The notes: generated from the sequence alone by a model not told the origin. Numbered from the stretch's first letter, positions 36,090-46,023 are shown. The stretch: 64,000 bases of DNA from an uncultured Planctomycetia bacterium (GCA_964415355.1 CAYPYS010000002.1:74475-138474), one strand, 5' to 3'. Numbers and translations are program-made.

Positions 36090-36650
36090 CTATGCGCGTT
36101 CGACGTATTCTTTGGTCCTGGTGTCTATGCGCACCATGTCCCCTGTGTTTATAAACAGAGGGACTGATATGGTCATCCCGGTCTCTGTGGTTGCGGGTTT
36201 TGTGCCTGCCCTGGAGGTATCCCCTCTTATTCCGGGTTCAGTGGAGGTTATTTTCATATTTATAAAGATAGGCGGCTCTAGCGATATGATCCTGTGTTTG
36301 TATACCAAGGCCATTACCTCTAAATTTTCTTTGAGATAGTCGACTACTTCTCCGAGTTGATCGCTGTGCAGGCCTACCTGATCAAAGGTATCCTGGTACA
36401 TGAACTCATATATGTCCCCTGACGAATATAGATATTGCAGCTGCCTTTTTTCTATAAAGGCTACTTCGAGCTTATCGTTTGGCCTGAATGTCCTGTCTAT
36501 GGTGGTACTTAGTTTAAGATTTTTTAATTTTGTGCGGACGAACGCCCCGCCTTTTCCGGGCTTTACGTGCTTATGGTCTACGATATTATAGACCTCGCCG
36601 TTCAATTCTACGTAAGAACCTTTTTTTAATTGATTGATCGCTACTTGCAT
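36090..36650 (-). CDS. efp: Elongation factor P
   Basis: KPGKGGAFVRTKLKNL loop, 186 aa. Confidence 0.9.
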   Translation of the reverse strand: MQVAINQLKKGSYVELNGEVYNIVDHKHVKPGKGGAFVRTKLKNLKLSTTIDRTFRPNDKLEVAFIEKRQLQYLYSSGDIYEFMYQDTFDQVGLHSDQLGEVVDYLKENLEVMALVYKHRIISLEPPIFINMKITSTEPGIRGDTSRAGTKPATTETGMTISVPLFINTGDMVRIDTRTKEYVERA

Positions 36651-36651
36651 A

Positions 36652-37716
36652 TTATTTTTTACTGGAGTTTGTCAGTGTCTCGCAGCCGGTTTTTGTAACA
36701 AGCACGTCATCCTCTATCCTTACGCCGCCGTAGCCAGGGATGTAAACACCGGGCTCTACGGTAAATACCATATTTTTTTCCAGCACGACGTCGCTATTTC
36801 TTGAAATAGCCGGTTTCTCGTGGATCTCCAGGCCTATGCCGTGACCGAGGTTGTGGATGAAATATTTTCCCAGCCCCTTATCTAATATATATTGCCGCGA
36901 TATATAATCTATATATTTAGCCTTTATGCCAGGCCTTATGTTTTCAATCGCCTTTTTCTGGGCGTCCAGCACAATGTTATAAATGCGCCGATACTTCCGC
37001 TCAATTCTACCTAAGAAAGCAGTCCTTGTCAAGTCAGAATTATATCCGCAATTCATTGCGCCTAAATCGATTACGACCATCTCTCCTTTTCTGATGATTT
37101 TGGTTGATGCGGTGGCGTGCGGCATGCATGCTCGTCTGCCAGAAGCCACTATAATCTCAAAGTCCGCTTTTTTAAATCCGCTCTTAGCGATATATGCATA
37201 TATACCATTCTTTACTTTTTCTTCACTGCTTGAGGGTCTAAGTGTTTTTACGACATGGTCCATTATTTTGCATCCTATTTTACAGGCTGTCTTTATATGC
37301 CCGACTTCTTTATTGTCCTTGATCATCCTGAGGGACTCTACTGCGTCCTTGACCGGCACCAGTCTTTTATTTCTCAGTTCTTTTTTTAAGGCAGCGTATT
37401 CGGAATAAGAAATATTTTTCGATTCAAATCCTACGCGCCTGGAATTGGTTTTTTTACATATGTCTTTGATGCTGGAAGCCGCCTCGCTGTATTTTACGAT
37501 TTTTAACGCGCACGTTTTTAGAGATTTTGCGTATTCTTCCTTGTATCTAGAGTCAGTAATGAGAAGGTTTTTTTCGGGAGACACAAAGAGGGTCGCGTCG
37601 TCCCCCTTGGCCCCGGTGAGATAAAAAATATTTTGCTTCTTTTTTATAATAAGGGCATCCAGGGATCTGGATGCCAGTATTTTTAATAATTTTTTTTGCC
37701 TGGGGATACAGTGCAT
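36652..37716 (-). CDS. M24-family Xaa-Pro aminopeptidase/dipeptidase
   Basis: HNLGHGIGLEIHE and pita-bread metal ligands. Adjacent to efp, as in many Firmicutes-like operons. Confidence 0.8.
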   Translation of the reverse strand: MHCIPRQKKLLKILASRSLDALIIKKKQNIFYLTGAKGDDATLFVSPEKNLLITDSRYKEEYAKSLKTCALKIVKYSEAASSIKDICKKTNSRRVGFESKNISYSEYAALKKELRNKRLVPVKDAVESLRMIKDNKEVGHIKTACKIGCKIMDHVVKTLRPSSSEEKVKNGIYAYIAKSGFKKADFEIIVASGRRACMPHATASTKIIRKGEMVVIDLGAMNCGYNSDLTRTAFLGRIERKYRRIYNIVLDAQKKAIENIRPGIKAKYIDYISRQYILDKGLGKYFIHNLGHGIGLEIHEKPAISRNSDVVLEKNMVFTVEPGVYIPGYGGVRIEDDVLVTKTGCETLTNSSKK

Positions 37717-38159
37717 CAGGATTTACGCTTAGCCAGTTTTATCGCAGACTCGAGCCCGTAGATATAACTGTCTATGCCAAAGCCGGATATCTGGCCTTTT
37801 GCCACAGACGCGATCAGTGATGTATGCCTGAAGTCTTCTCGCGAATAGATGTTCGACAGGTGCACTTCAACCGTCGCTATTCCGGTAGCGGAAATAGCGT
37901 CACGTATGGCAACGCTTGTGTGTGTATATGCGGCGGGATTTATGAGCAAGGCAGTGTATTTACCTTTGGATTTTCCTATTCTTTCCACGATCTCGCCTTC
38001 GTAGTTAGATTGAAAAATGTCCAGGCTGACACCTTTCTTTTTTGCCAGCTTTTTGAGCTTTTTATTTATTTCTTCCATCGTAGTCTTGCCGTAGACCTTT
38101 GGCTCTCTTTTGCCTAAAAGATTTATATTTGGTCCGTGGATCACTAATATCTTGCTCAT
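37716..38159 (-). CDS. aroQ: Type II 3-dehydroquinate dehydratase
   Basis: [21 protein letters not shown]-terminus. 147 aa. Confidence 0.85.
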   Translation of the reverse strand: MSKILVIHGPNINLLGKREPKVYGKTTMEEINKKLKKLAKKKGVSLDIFQSNYEGEIVERIGKSKGKYTALLINPAAYTHTSVAIRDAISATGIATVEVHLSNIYSREDFRHTSLIASVAKGQISGFGIDSYIYGLESAIKLAKRKS

Positions 38160-38171
38160 AACACCCTCCTG

Positions 38172-38210
38172 ATAACTTTACATTTCAACAACGTTAAAGT
38201 GTAAAGTTAG
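38172..38210. repeat. R1 palindromic element
   Basis: ataactttacatttcaacaacgttaaagtgtaaagttag. Contains the stop of the Trm112-like ORF. Confidence 0.9.
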
Positions 38211-38359
38211 GTTTCGGATTCTTCGATTAGCATAACGGGTATACCGTCTTTGATCGGATATTTTCTTTTGCACTTTGTGCAATGTAGTTTATTGTCTTTT
38301 AGCTCGACGCTTGCCTTGCACGCCGGGCAAGCCAGCATATTAAGAAGGTCTTTATCCAT
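38207..38359 (-). CDS. Trm112/YcaR-like small zinc-ribbon protein (50 aa)
   Basis: Manual translation: MDKDLLNMLACPACKASVELKDNKLHCTKCKRKYPIKDGIPVMLIEESET. TAA stop lies inside the R1 arm. Too short for the ORF track. Confidence 0.5.
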   Translation of the reverse strand: MDKDLLNMLACPACKASVELKDNKLHCTKCKRKYPIKDGIPVMLIEESET

Positions 38360-39329
38360 TGGCGCCGCTCTCTTCCCGTCGTATTTTTACAGGGCATATC
38401 AAATGCAGGACCCCGCCTATTATGCTATAAAATATAATAAGCCCTAGCCACAGCATAGAAATAGCAAAAGCCCTTTCGGCCCCTATGTCTGATTTTAGGA
38501 AATATATAAATGCCCCTTCGCGCACGCCTAGGCCATTGAGCGACGGGAGCATGCTTACAGACCAGATAATGGGTACGATCAGAAACAGTTTCAGTAACGG
38601 CATGTATCCCCCTACCGATAAGATAAAGAAATAAATTCCCACTATATTGCAGGCTTGCATGAAGGCTGAAAATAAAACTATCTTTATTAAAAAAGCCGGC
38701 TTGTCTCTGTATGTATTGATAGCGCTGTATAATTTTAATATCTTGCTTTTCAGTTTATCCAGAATACCATCTTTTTTAATAACAGTATCCTTGGAAATAT
38801 TATTTTTTTTAAAAAATAGCATGGTTACAAGAAAAATGCCGCATAAAAAGACAAAGGAAAGCGCATAGATGATTTTTTCGTTTACCAGGGCCCTCCCTAT
38901 AAAAATAAGCCCTATCATGGCGATCAAAATAATAGCGATAAAACCCAAGAGTCTATCTGATACTACAGCGGCGTATGAGGCGACATTGTTATTTGTCTTC
39001 TTGCCGGCATAATAAGCCTTGGCCACGTCTCCCCCGATAGCTGTCGGAAGAAAATTATTAAAGAAGAAACCTATAAATGTCAGATAAATAAAATCTTTAA
39101 GGGGTAGAAATATTTTCTGTGCCGACATCAGAAGTTTTAATCGATAAGCCAATACTGCTACAAGCGGTATGTGCAAGGAAAGAGCCACCATAAAAAACAG
39201 TTTATTGGAATTTTTTAATATATCAATTATCTTGTTGATGTCGTTTCGCATTGTCCATAAAAGGGCGGAAAGCAACCCAAAGCTGATGATAAATTTTGCC
39301 GCGAATAATAACTTGTTTTTATTTACCAT
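38352..39329 (-). CDS. Flippase-like (UPF0104 / lysylphosphatidylglycerol-synthase TM-region-like) membrane protein
   Basis: Multi-TM. Start reassigned to MVNKNKLLFAAK (ATG 39329), 4-nt coupling with the upstream stop. The track's basic N-terminal extension overlaps the upstream gene. Confidence 0.55.
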   Translation of the reverse strand: MVNKNKLLFAAKFIISFGLLSALLWTMRNDINKIIDILKNSNKLFFMVALSLHIPLVAVLAYRLKLLMSAQKIFLPLKDFIYLTFIGFFFNNFLPTAIGGDVAKAYYAGKKTNNNVASYAAVVSDRLLGFIAIILIAMIGLIFIGRALVNEKIIYALSFVFLCGIFLVTMLFFKKNNISKDTVIKKDGILDKLKSKILKLYSAINTYRDKPAFLIKIVLFSAFMQACNIVGIYFFILSVGGYMPLLKLFLIVPIIWSVSMLPSLNGLGVREGAFIYFLKSDIGAERAFAISMLWLGLIIFYSIIGGVLHLICPVKIRREESGANG

Positions 39330-40126
39330 ATGATCATCCCTGCGTAACCTACGACGGAGGCGTAGTCGCCTGATATGTCGCCGCTTGTCCGGTACTTTAC
39401 GAGCCCGGCTTTTTTCGCCCCCAGATTTTTGCACGCGCTTATGAGCGTGCACGTAGGCCCTATGCCGCACATTGAGATATTGTTTTCTTTCACGGCTTCA
39501 AAGAGCTTTTTTTCATCCAATGACAATACAGCATCTATTACAAGCTTGTCTTTTTCTTCCGCAGCCTCTCTTGGTTCGTAGTGGGTAAGGTCTGTACTCG
39601 CTACAAAAAGCGCGTCTCTCCCTATTTTTTTAAAACCCTCCGCTATCTCCTTTCCTAGTGCTTGATATTTGCTTATATCGTCAAAGGAGATGGTTATGGG
39701 AACTATCTTAATATCCTTTTTTAAATACTGCAGAAACGGCACCTCCACCTCAATGGAATGCTCGCTGAGATGGGACAGGGCGTCTTCTTTTAGGTTTTCG
39801 CTTTCTTTTAATATGGATTCTGCTATTTCTGTGTCGATCTTGGCCTCGCCCAGAGGCGTCATCCAGCTGCCTTTTGTCATTATAGCGAAAGGCTTTCCCG
39901 TGCCGGTATGGTTAGTTCCCAGCAGTATTGCAGTTTTCTTTAGGTTGACTTTTGACACAGTGGCTCCCGCTACTTGTCCCGAATACACATAACCCGCGTG
40001 AGGCATGATAATGCCTTTTGCTTCCTGTTTTTCTGATGATGCATCAACGAGACCGGAAAGCATTTTATTTAAGGCAGGTTCGGTCTGCGGATAAAACTGT
40101 CCGGCGACAACAGGTTTTCTGATCAT
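39323..40126 (-). CDS. Memo-like protein (AmmeMemoRadiSam system protein B)
   Basis: MIRKPVVAGQFYP N-terminus and HAGYVYSG motif. Confidence 0.7.
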   Translation of the reverse strand: MIRKPVVAGQFYPQTEPALNKMLSGLVDASSEKQEAKGIIMPHAGYVYSGQVAGATVSKVNLKKTAILLGTNHTGTGKPFAIMTKGSWMTPLGEAKIDTEIAESILKESENLKEDALSHLSEHSIEVEVPFLQYLKKDIKIVPITISFDDISKYQALGKEIAEGFKKIGRDALFVASTDLTHYEPREAAEEKDKLVIDAVLSLDEKKLFEAVKENNISMCGIGPTCTLISACKNLGAKKAGLVKYRTSGDISGDYASVVGYAGMIIW

Positions 40127-40127
40127 A

Positions 40128-42761
40128 TTACCGCACTCCCTCTAATGCTACCATTGTGCAGTTTTCGAGAGCCAGCATGTCTTTCGCCACTCTTTTTATG
40201 TCTTCTTTTGTGACAGCGTCTATGTTTTTGTAATAATCCTCGTAATTATTATAGCCTAAACCGTATAACTCATCCATTGTTATCGTGAATATGAAGCTTA
40301 AGTTAGTCTGCATGGAAATCTGACGCATTGCTTTCAGGTGGTTCTTGGACATTAGCAGTTCTTCGTCTGTCACGCCCTTTTTAATGAAGGATCTTATTTC
40401 CTTGAATATTATATCTTCTACTTTGCCTAGGTTTTCTTTTGAGGTGAGGACGTATATAGCGATATAGCCCGGGTCTATGCCTAATACCTGAAAGGCCCCC
40501 TGCGCATAAGAAAGACCGCTCTCTCCTCTTATCTTTTCAAATAAAATCCCGGATTCACTGGAAAAAATATCTATCAAGACGTCGACTGTGTACCGGTTTT
40601 TGTCGTAAATATCGATGCCGTGAAAACCCAGCATTAATAAGGACTGTTCTTTTTTTACTCCTACATTTTTCTCTCTTCGTTTTTCTATTGCAGGTTCTTC
40701 TATCGGAACAGGGGAAGCCATTTCTCTCGAGCCTATATTTGAAAAATATTTTTCTGCCAGCGCTTCTACCATGTCAGTATCGCAGTCTCCCGCGACTCCC
40801 AGTGCCATATTCTCCGGGGATAGCATGTTCGCATGGAACGCGACCGCGTCTTTTCTCTCGAGGCCATCAATGCTTTCGCGCGTCCCTATCGCCAGAAGTC
40901 CATAGGGATGCTTTGTAAAAAGCAGATCTTTTAATAACCTGTGTCCGTGATTGAATATTTTATTGTCTTGCATTTCTATAGCAGACAGTATCTCTTTTTT
41001 TTCTCTCTTTAGTTCGTTTTCCGAAAAAACAGGATTTAGGCATAGGTCCGATAAAAGCTTTAGTCCGTCTTCAAGATGTTCGCTTAGACAGTTCACCGTG
41101 AGGCCCAGGCTGTTGTTTCCGGAATAAGTATCGACTGTCATGCCTTTGGATTCATAAAGCTCCGCGATTTCTTCTCTTGACATATCCTTTGAACCGTCCA
41201 ATAGCATAAGACTGGTCAATTGCGAAATGCCGTTATTTTTTTCATCTTCGAACCTGACACCGCCTTTAAACAAAAGAGAAATAGACGCTATCGGGAGAGA
41301 GTGATTTTCCGATATAAGGACGCTTAGTTTGTTTCCAAGGGTTATCTTTTTTACTGAGCGCTCTTGTTTTTTATCAAGAGACGCGCGCGAAACAGGACTC
41401 AGGGATTTGCCTGTCCGGCTTATCACCGTGACTGTCATATTGTCTCTATTTAGATATTTGCTTGCCACATATTGCACTTCATCCAGGGCCACTGATTTTA
41501 TCCGCTCTATATAAAGCTCGAAGAACTCTGGATTGCCGGCCAGGAGTTGCCCTATTGCCCTGTCATTTGCTTTTGACTCAATAGTTTCTTTTGAGTATGT
41601 GTATCCAGCGATAAAATTATTTTTCGCCTTAGACAAGTCTTTATCTGTCATGCCATTTTCTTTGACAAGTTCGATATGATGCAATATTTTTTCAATAGCC
41701 GCCGCGACATTTTCTTCCCTCAATACGCTTGATACAATAAAAAGTCCCGGATCTTTAGGCGTATAGTTATAGGCTGATATGGATAAGACCAGTTCATCTT
41801 TTATGCGCAGCTCTTCATTCAGGATAGAACTTTCTCCCTGTCCTAGAATAAAAGACAGAAGATCGAGCGCATACAGATCTTTGTTTAAAAGCTCAGAAGA
41901 GTGAAAAGATATATTCAGGTAAGCCCCCTCTATGCCGTCTATTTTTTCTTCAATAAAACGACTTCCTGACTGAGGTGGTTCTGTGACTGTAGCGGATGAA
42001 ATGGCACCCCCGCGGCCTAATTCCCCGAAAGCGTTTTTTATGTCCTTAAACATGGAATTTGCATCTATGTCCCCCACCACAGCTATTACGATCTTTTCTG
42101 GAACATAGTTGTTTTCAAAAAATGCCACGAGGTCTTTTCTTTCTAATTTTTTGAATTTTTCTTTATAGCCTATAATCGGTATCAGATACGGGTGTCTGGT
42201 ATAAGCGTTTGAAAATGTAAGCCTGGAGATCTTTCGACCAGGATTGTCTTTGCTTAAATCCATCTCCCTTTCTATTACCTGTTTTTCTTTCTTGATCTCC
42301 TCTGCGTCGAATGCAGGATTGCTTAACATTTCTTTTAATATATCCAATCCTATGTGCGCGTGTTCTTTTAGAATGGTTATCCTGAAACCGGTGTAGTCGT
42401 ACGAAGTAAACCCGTCTATATTGCCGCCATATTTATGCAATATATCTTCTATGGCGCCGGGTGGGTATTTTTGCGTGCCCTTGAAAAGGATGTGTTCTAT
42501 CAGGTGACTGATACCGCTTCCGAGATATTCTCCTTCGTAGGCAGAACCGACGTCTATAAAAGCAGAAAAGACCACTATGGGGTTCCTGTGGTCTTCCTCG
42601 ACTATTACTTTAAGGCCGTTATCCAGCGTCCTGACTTCTTGGGCTTTTAGCTCAATTGCCAGAAAAGAGCCAAAAATAAAAAAAGCCAAGACATATATAA
42701 AGGTAAATTTTATGATCTTGGGCATTTGATTTAATGTTATTTGCCCCGCGCGTTGCAACAT
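40128..42761 (-). CDS. Secreted tandem M16 (pitrilysin/insulinase-family) zinc peptidase
   Basis: HxxEH in SHLIEHILFKGT. 877 aa with two M16 modules. A GC hairpin overlaps codons 1-12, so the true start may be MPKIIKF at 42725. Confidence 0.75.
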   Translation of the reverse strand: MLQRAGQITLNQMPKIIKFTFIYVLAFFIFGSFLAIELKAQEVRTLDNGLKVIVEEDHRNPIVVFSAFIDVGSAYEGEYLGSGISHLIEHILFKGTQKYPPGAIEDILHKYGGNIDGFTSYDYTGFRITILKEHAHIGLDILKEMLSNPAFDAEEIKKEKQVIEREMDLSKDNPGRKISRLTFSNAYTRHPYLIPIIGYKEKFKKLERKDLVAFFENNYVPEKIVIAVVGDIDANSMFKDIKNAFGELGRGGAISSATVTEPPQSGSRFIEEKIDGIEGAYLNISFHSSELLNKDLYALDLLSFILGQGESSILNEELRIKDELVLSISAYNYTPKDPGLFIVSSVLREENVAAAIEKILHHIELVKENGMTDKDLSKAKNNFIAGYTYSKETIESKANDRAIGQLLAGNPEFFELYIERIKSVALDEVQYVASKYLNRDNMTVTVISRTGKSLSPVSRASLDKKQERSVKKITLGNKLSVLISENHSLPIASISLLFKGGVRFEDEKNNGISQLTSLMLLDGSKDMSREEIAELYESKGMTVDTYSGNNSLGLTVNCLSEHLEDGLKLLSDLCLNPVFSENELKREKKEILSAIEMQDNKIFNHGHRLLKDLLFTKHPYGLLAIGTRESIDGLERKDAVAFHANMLSPENMALGVAGDCDTDMVEALAEKYFSNIGSREMASPVPIEEPAIEKRREKNVGVKKEQSLLMLGFHGIDIYDKNRYTVDVLIDIFSSESGILFEKIRGESGLSYAQGAFQVLGIDPGYIAIYVLTSKENLGKVEDIIFKEIRSFIKKGVTDEELLMSKNHLKAMRQISMQTNLSFIFTITMDELYGLGYNNYEDYYKNIDAVTKEDIKRVAKDMLALENCTMVALEGVR

Positions 42762-42795
42762 ATGATAGAATGCGCGGGGTTCTTAATATTTTAAG

Positions 42796-42981
42796 CTATC
42801 TGCTCGGGCTTAATTTAGACCTGAATCTTTTTCTCTTTTTTTCGCTGGGTTTTTCGTAGTGCTTCCTGGCCTTTAACTGCTTTAAGAGGCCTTCGCGCTC
42901 TATTTTCTTTTTGAAGCGTCTCAGCGCCTTTTCTAGTGATTCGCCGGGTCCGATTTCTATTCTCGACATCTTGTTATTCAC
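42796..42981 (-). CDS. rpsU: 30S ribosomal protein S21
   Basis: MSRIEIGPGESLEKALRRFKKKIEREGLL bS21 pattern. Confidence 0.8.
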   Translation of the reverse strand: MNNKMSRIEIGPGESLEKALRRFKKKIEREGLLKQLKARKHYEKPSEKKRKRFRSKLSPSR

Positions 42982-43046
42982 CCCTTCTATATAGTTTTAT
43001 ATTTAATATATAGCGCATTGTATACGAAATACCGTATATTGTCAAG

Positions 43047-43085
43047 CTAACTTTACATTTCAACAACGTTAAAGTGTAAAGTTAG
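43047..43085. repeat. R1 palindromic element
   Basis: ctaactttacatttcaacaacgttaaagtgtaaagttag. Confidence 0.9.
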
Positions 43086-43109
43086 CAAAGATAGCCCCTC
43101 GCGTTTGTT

Positions 43110-44234
43110 TCACGCGTCAAGGAGCTTTAGTATTTTATCTATATCTACGTATTTTTCCACCAGTTCTTCAGCGGTTTTTGTCTTATCCTTATCCTCAGGC
43201 CCTATTTTCACAGCTAGATCGTGTACTTCCGCGGCAGTCGCATATGTGTGTTTCTGGCTCATCATGACAGGTATCTTCGCGTTTTCAATCAGCGTCATTA
43301 TTTTCTTGTCCGGCACAATGCCGCCGGTCAGGATTATACCTGCCAGTGATATGCTTTTTTTGGGTTTTTTCAAGAGATGGGCGCTTAAGAGGGTCATTAG
43401 CAGGTCTTCCCTGTCTCCGGGCGTTATTAAAAGTGAGCCGTTTTCTATGTAATTGAGCGCGTCGTGTGGTTTCATGGCGCCCACCAATATCTTCTGGACC
43501 TTGTTACGCATGCCTGTTTTTTTTGATATCAGTTTTATGTCTGTCTCATTCAGTATGTTATGTATAAAGGGCATGGAAAGCGACTGCGTATATGGGATGA
43601 CCCCCAGGACATCTATGCCCCTTTTTTTGAGACCTATATTGACTATTTCTTTTATTTTGTCATATTTGGACGGGAGTACTTTATTGACTATTACGCCTAT
43701 GACATCGACGCCTTCTTTTTTAAATAGTGCCATATTCAGCACTATCTCGTCAATAGGCCTGCCTATGCCTCCGGCTGTTACTAATATGACTTTGGTGTTG
43801 AGCAGCTTCGCCACTCTGGCATTGGAAAGGTCAAAGACAGACCCGACGCCGGCATGCCCTGTCCCCTCTATTACCACGAGTTCTTTTTGCTTTGACACGC
43901 GCTCAAACGAGCTTAGTATGTCCTTGGTTAATTTTTCATTATTCCCCTGCCTTATGTATTGTTCGGTAAAACCCTTTTCGATGGCAATGGGGCTCATGTC
44001 TTTTAGCTGAGAGCTAGTGCCGCAGACTTTTTCAATGAGCACAGAGTCTTCGTCGGCCTTATAGCCATTTTCGACGATATATCTTTGGCCGACAGGCTTT
44101 ATAAAGCCTATGTCTTTAAAATATTTTCTGAAGACGTGTATGAGACCCAGGGATACGGTTGTCTTTCCATCATTTTGCCTAGTGGCAGCTATGAATATTT
44201 TGCGGGGTTTTGCGGGGCTCACTTTTTCTCCCAT
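43110..44234 (-). CDS. AAA_26 (CobQ/BioD-like NTP-binding) + DRTGG domain protein (phosphotransacetylase N-terminal-like)
   Basis: N-terminal P-loop ATRQNDGKTT. C-terminal GDREDLLMT DRTGG-like motif. Confidence 0.6.
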   Translation of the reverse strand: MGEKVSPAKPRKIFIAATRQNDGKTTVSLGLIHVFRKYFKDIGFIKPVGQRYIVENGYKADEDSVLIEKVCGTSSQLKDMSPIAIEKGFTEQYIRQGNNEKLTKDILSSFERVSKQKELVVIEGTGHAGVGSVFDLSNARVAKLLNTKVILVTAGGIGRPIDEIVLNMALFKKEGVDVIGVIVNKVLPSKYDKIKEIVNIGLKKRGIDVLGVIPYTQSLSMPFIHNILNETDIKLISKKTGMRNKVQKILVGAMKPHDALNYIENGSLLITPGDREDLLMTLLSAHLLKKPKKSISLAGIILTGGIVPDKKIMTLIENAKIPVMMSQKHTYATAAEVHDLAVKIGPEDKDKTKTAEELVEKYVDIDKILKLLDA

Positions 44235-45505
44235 CTCAAAAGTTCTATTACGCTTGCCAGGGTTCGCCCGTCGTCTATTTCCTTTCTTACGCGATTTTCT
44301 GTTTCCAATACGCTCATGGCCCTGTTGGCTATCTCTATGGCCTTTTTAGCCGGTATTACCAGCACGCCGTCATCGTCTCCCACTATATAATCTCCGCTAA
44401 AAATCCTGGTGCCGCACACATTTATAGGCACATCGATTTCGCCGAATCCTTTTGGTTCGCCGGCGCAGGGAGAGGTCAGCTTGGCAAAGGCCGGAAAATT
44501 CAGACGTCTTATTTCCTGCACGTCTCTGATCGCGCCGTCGATCACGACGCCCTGTATTTTCTTTTGTATGGCTCCATGAGTCGCGAGTTCTCCCCATGTA
44601 GCGGGACCGACTCCGCCGGCGTCGATTACAATGATCTGCCCGGCTTTGGCGGTATCTATGGCCTCCACTGTCTTTGCCCAATCACCGGGATACGTCCTTA
44701 CTGTAAGTGCTTTTCCGAATATTTTTATTCCAGGGGTGATGACTTGCAGGCCTTTTAAGTCTCCTGTTCTGTGCATCGCGTCGGATAGATTGGCCGTAGA
44801 GACTTTACTCAAAATATTTTCTATATCTTTTTCCGTTACTCTTTTAAAGAGATCGGTTTTTATCTTTTTTAGTTTGGATATAGATTCTTTGATGCGGGAT
44901 GCGGCTTTTTTAGCGTCTTTGGCTTTATTGATAGCACCGCCCACGATGATTATGCTTGCGCCGGATTTGATAGCATCAGGGGCGGTCTCGGAATTTATGC
45001 CTCCCGCGATCGCTATAGGCGTATTTATGGCTTTTGAGATCTTTTTTAATTGGCTAAAAGGGTTTTTTGCCCGCATCTGGTCATCTATCGAACAATGTAT
45101 GCCAATGTAGTCAGGTCCGAATTTTTCTACTTCTTTTGCTCTTTTTTCCGCGTCTTTTATTGATATCAGGTCTATCTGGATCTTAGCGCCGTAGTTATGA
45201 GCAGCTTCCACACATTCTTTTATAGTCGAGTCGCTCGCAGCCCCGAGAACACAGACCACATTGGCTCCTGCCTTTGCGGCGATTTCAACTTCGACGCGGC
45301 CCGCGTCCATTATCTTCATATCCGCCACTATTGTTTTGCGCGGAAATCTTTCGCGCAATTTTCTCACAGCAGCCAGTCCCTCGCTTTTTATAAGAGGTGT
45401 GCCAGCTTCCAGCCAGTCCGCCCCTCCCTTGACAGCTTCCTCAGCGCATCTCAAAGCGCGGCTAAGATTGACAAAATCCAAAGCAACCTGCAATACCGGT
45501 TTCAT
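44219..45505 (-). CDS. Fusion protein: 3-hexulose-6-phosphate synthase-like (OMPDC fold) N-domain + RraA-like C-domain
   Basis: KPVLQVALD...GTPL...VADMKIMDAG (HPS-like). C-terminal LSDAMHRTG...VIDAGG...WGELATH...IDGAIRD...FPAFA (RraA family). Confidence 0.6.
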   Translation of the reverse strand: MKPVLQVALDFVNLSRALRCAEEAVKGGADWLEAGTPLIKSEGLAAVRKLRERFPRKTIVADMKIMDAGRVEVEIAAKAGANVVCVLGAASDSTIKECVEAAHNYGAKIQIDLISIKDAEKRAKEVEKFGPDYIGIHCSIDDQMRAKNPFSQLKKISKAINTPIAIAGGINSETAPDAIKSGASIIIVGGAINKAKDAKKAASRIKESISKLKKIKTDLFKRVTEKDIENILSKVSTANLSDAMHRTGDLKGLQVITPGIKIFGKALTVRTYPGDWAKTVEAIDTAKAGQIIVIDAGGVGPATWGELATHGAIQKKIQGVVIDGAIRDVQEIRRLNFPAFAKLTSPCAGEPKGFGEIDVPINVCGTRIFSGDYIVGDDDGVLVIPAKKAIEIANRAMSVLETENRVRKEIDDGRTLASVIELLRWEKK

Positions 45506-45513
45506 ATTTCTCC

Positions 45514-45552
45514 CTAACTTTACATTTCAACAACGTTAAAGTGTAAAGTTAG
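45514..45552. repeat. R1 palindromic element
   Basis: ctaactttacatttcaacaacgttaaagtgtaaagttag. Contains the stop of the yjbQ-like gene. Confidence 0.9.
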
Positions 45553-45968
45553 TCCCCTGTTATTTGCACGACTAGTTCTCGCGAGCGTGGCCGATTGTCA
45601 AAATCTATGAATATGATCTGCTGCCAGGTGCCGAGCTGCATGCTTTTGCCCACAAAAGGTATTGTCAGGCTTGGCCCAAGAAGAGACGCCCTTACGTGAG
45701 CATATCCATTGCCGTCATGCCATCTTAGATTATGCTGGTATTCTCCGTTTTTCGGAGCTATTTTTTCAAAAAAATCCTTTAGATCTTGTACCAGTCCCGG
45801 TTCGTATTCTACGGTTGTAACGCTTCCTGTTGAACCGGAAACAAAGACAGTGACAATGCCATTTTTTATATCAGCCTTAGAGACCAGGCTTGATATTTTG
45901 TCGGTTATGTCAATTATATCCGTGTCACCCTTTGAGTTGAGTTTTATTTTCTTATTTATTGTGCCCAT
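45549..45968 (-). CDS. YjbQ-family (UPF0047; secondary thiamine-phosphate synthase) protein
   Basis: 139 aa. GNGYAHVRA motif. Confidence 0.7.
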   Translation of the reverse strand: MGTINKKIKLNSKGDTDIIDITDKISSLVSKADIKNGIVTVFVSGSTGSVTTVEYEPGLVQDLKDFFEKIAPKNGEYQHNLRWHDGNGYAHVRASLLGPSLTIPFVGKSMQLGTWQQIIFIDFDNRPRSRELVVQITGD

Positions 45969-45986
45969 GCCTCTGATGTCCTCGCT

Positions 45987-46023
45987 TAAGTATACATTTT
46001 AACAATGTTGAAATGTATACTTA
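45987..46023. repeat. R1v variant palindromic element
   Basis: taagtatacattttaacaatgttgaaatgtatactta. Confidence 0.85.

Noticed and set aside
43453-44010. 185-aa plus-strand ORF inside the DRTGG-domain gene
   Set aside because: Antisense shadow ORF. Ser/Phe/Leu-rich with no motif. The minus-strand gene has clear P-loop and DRTGG motifs.
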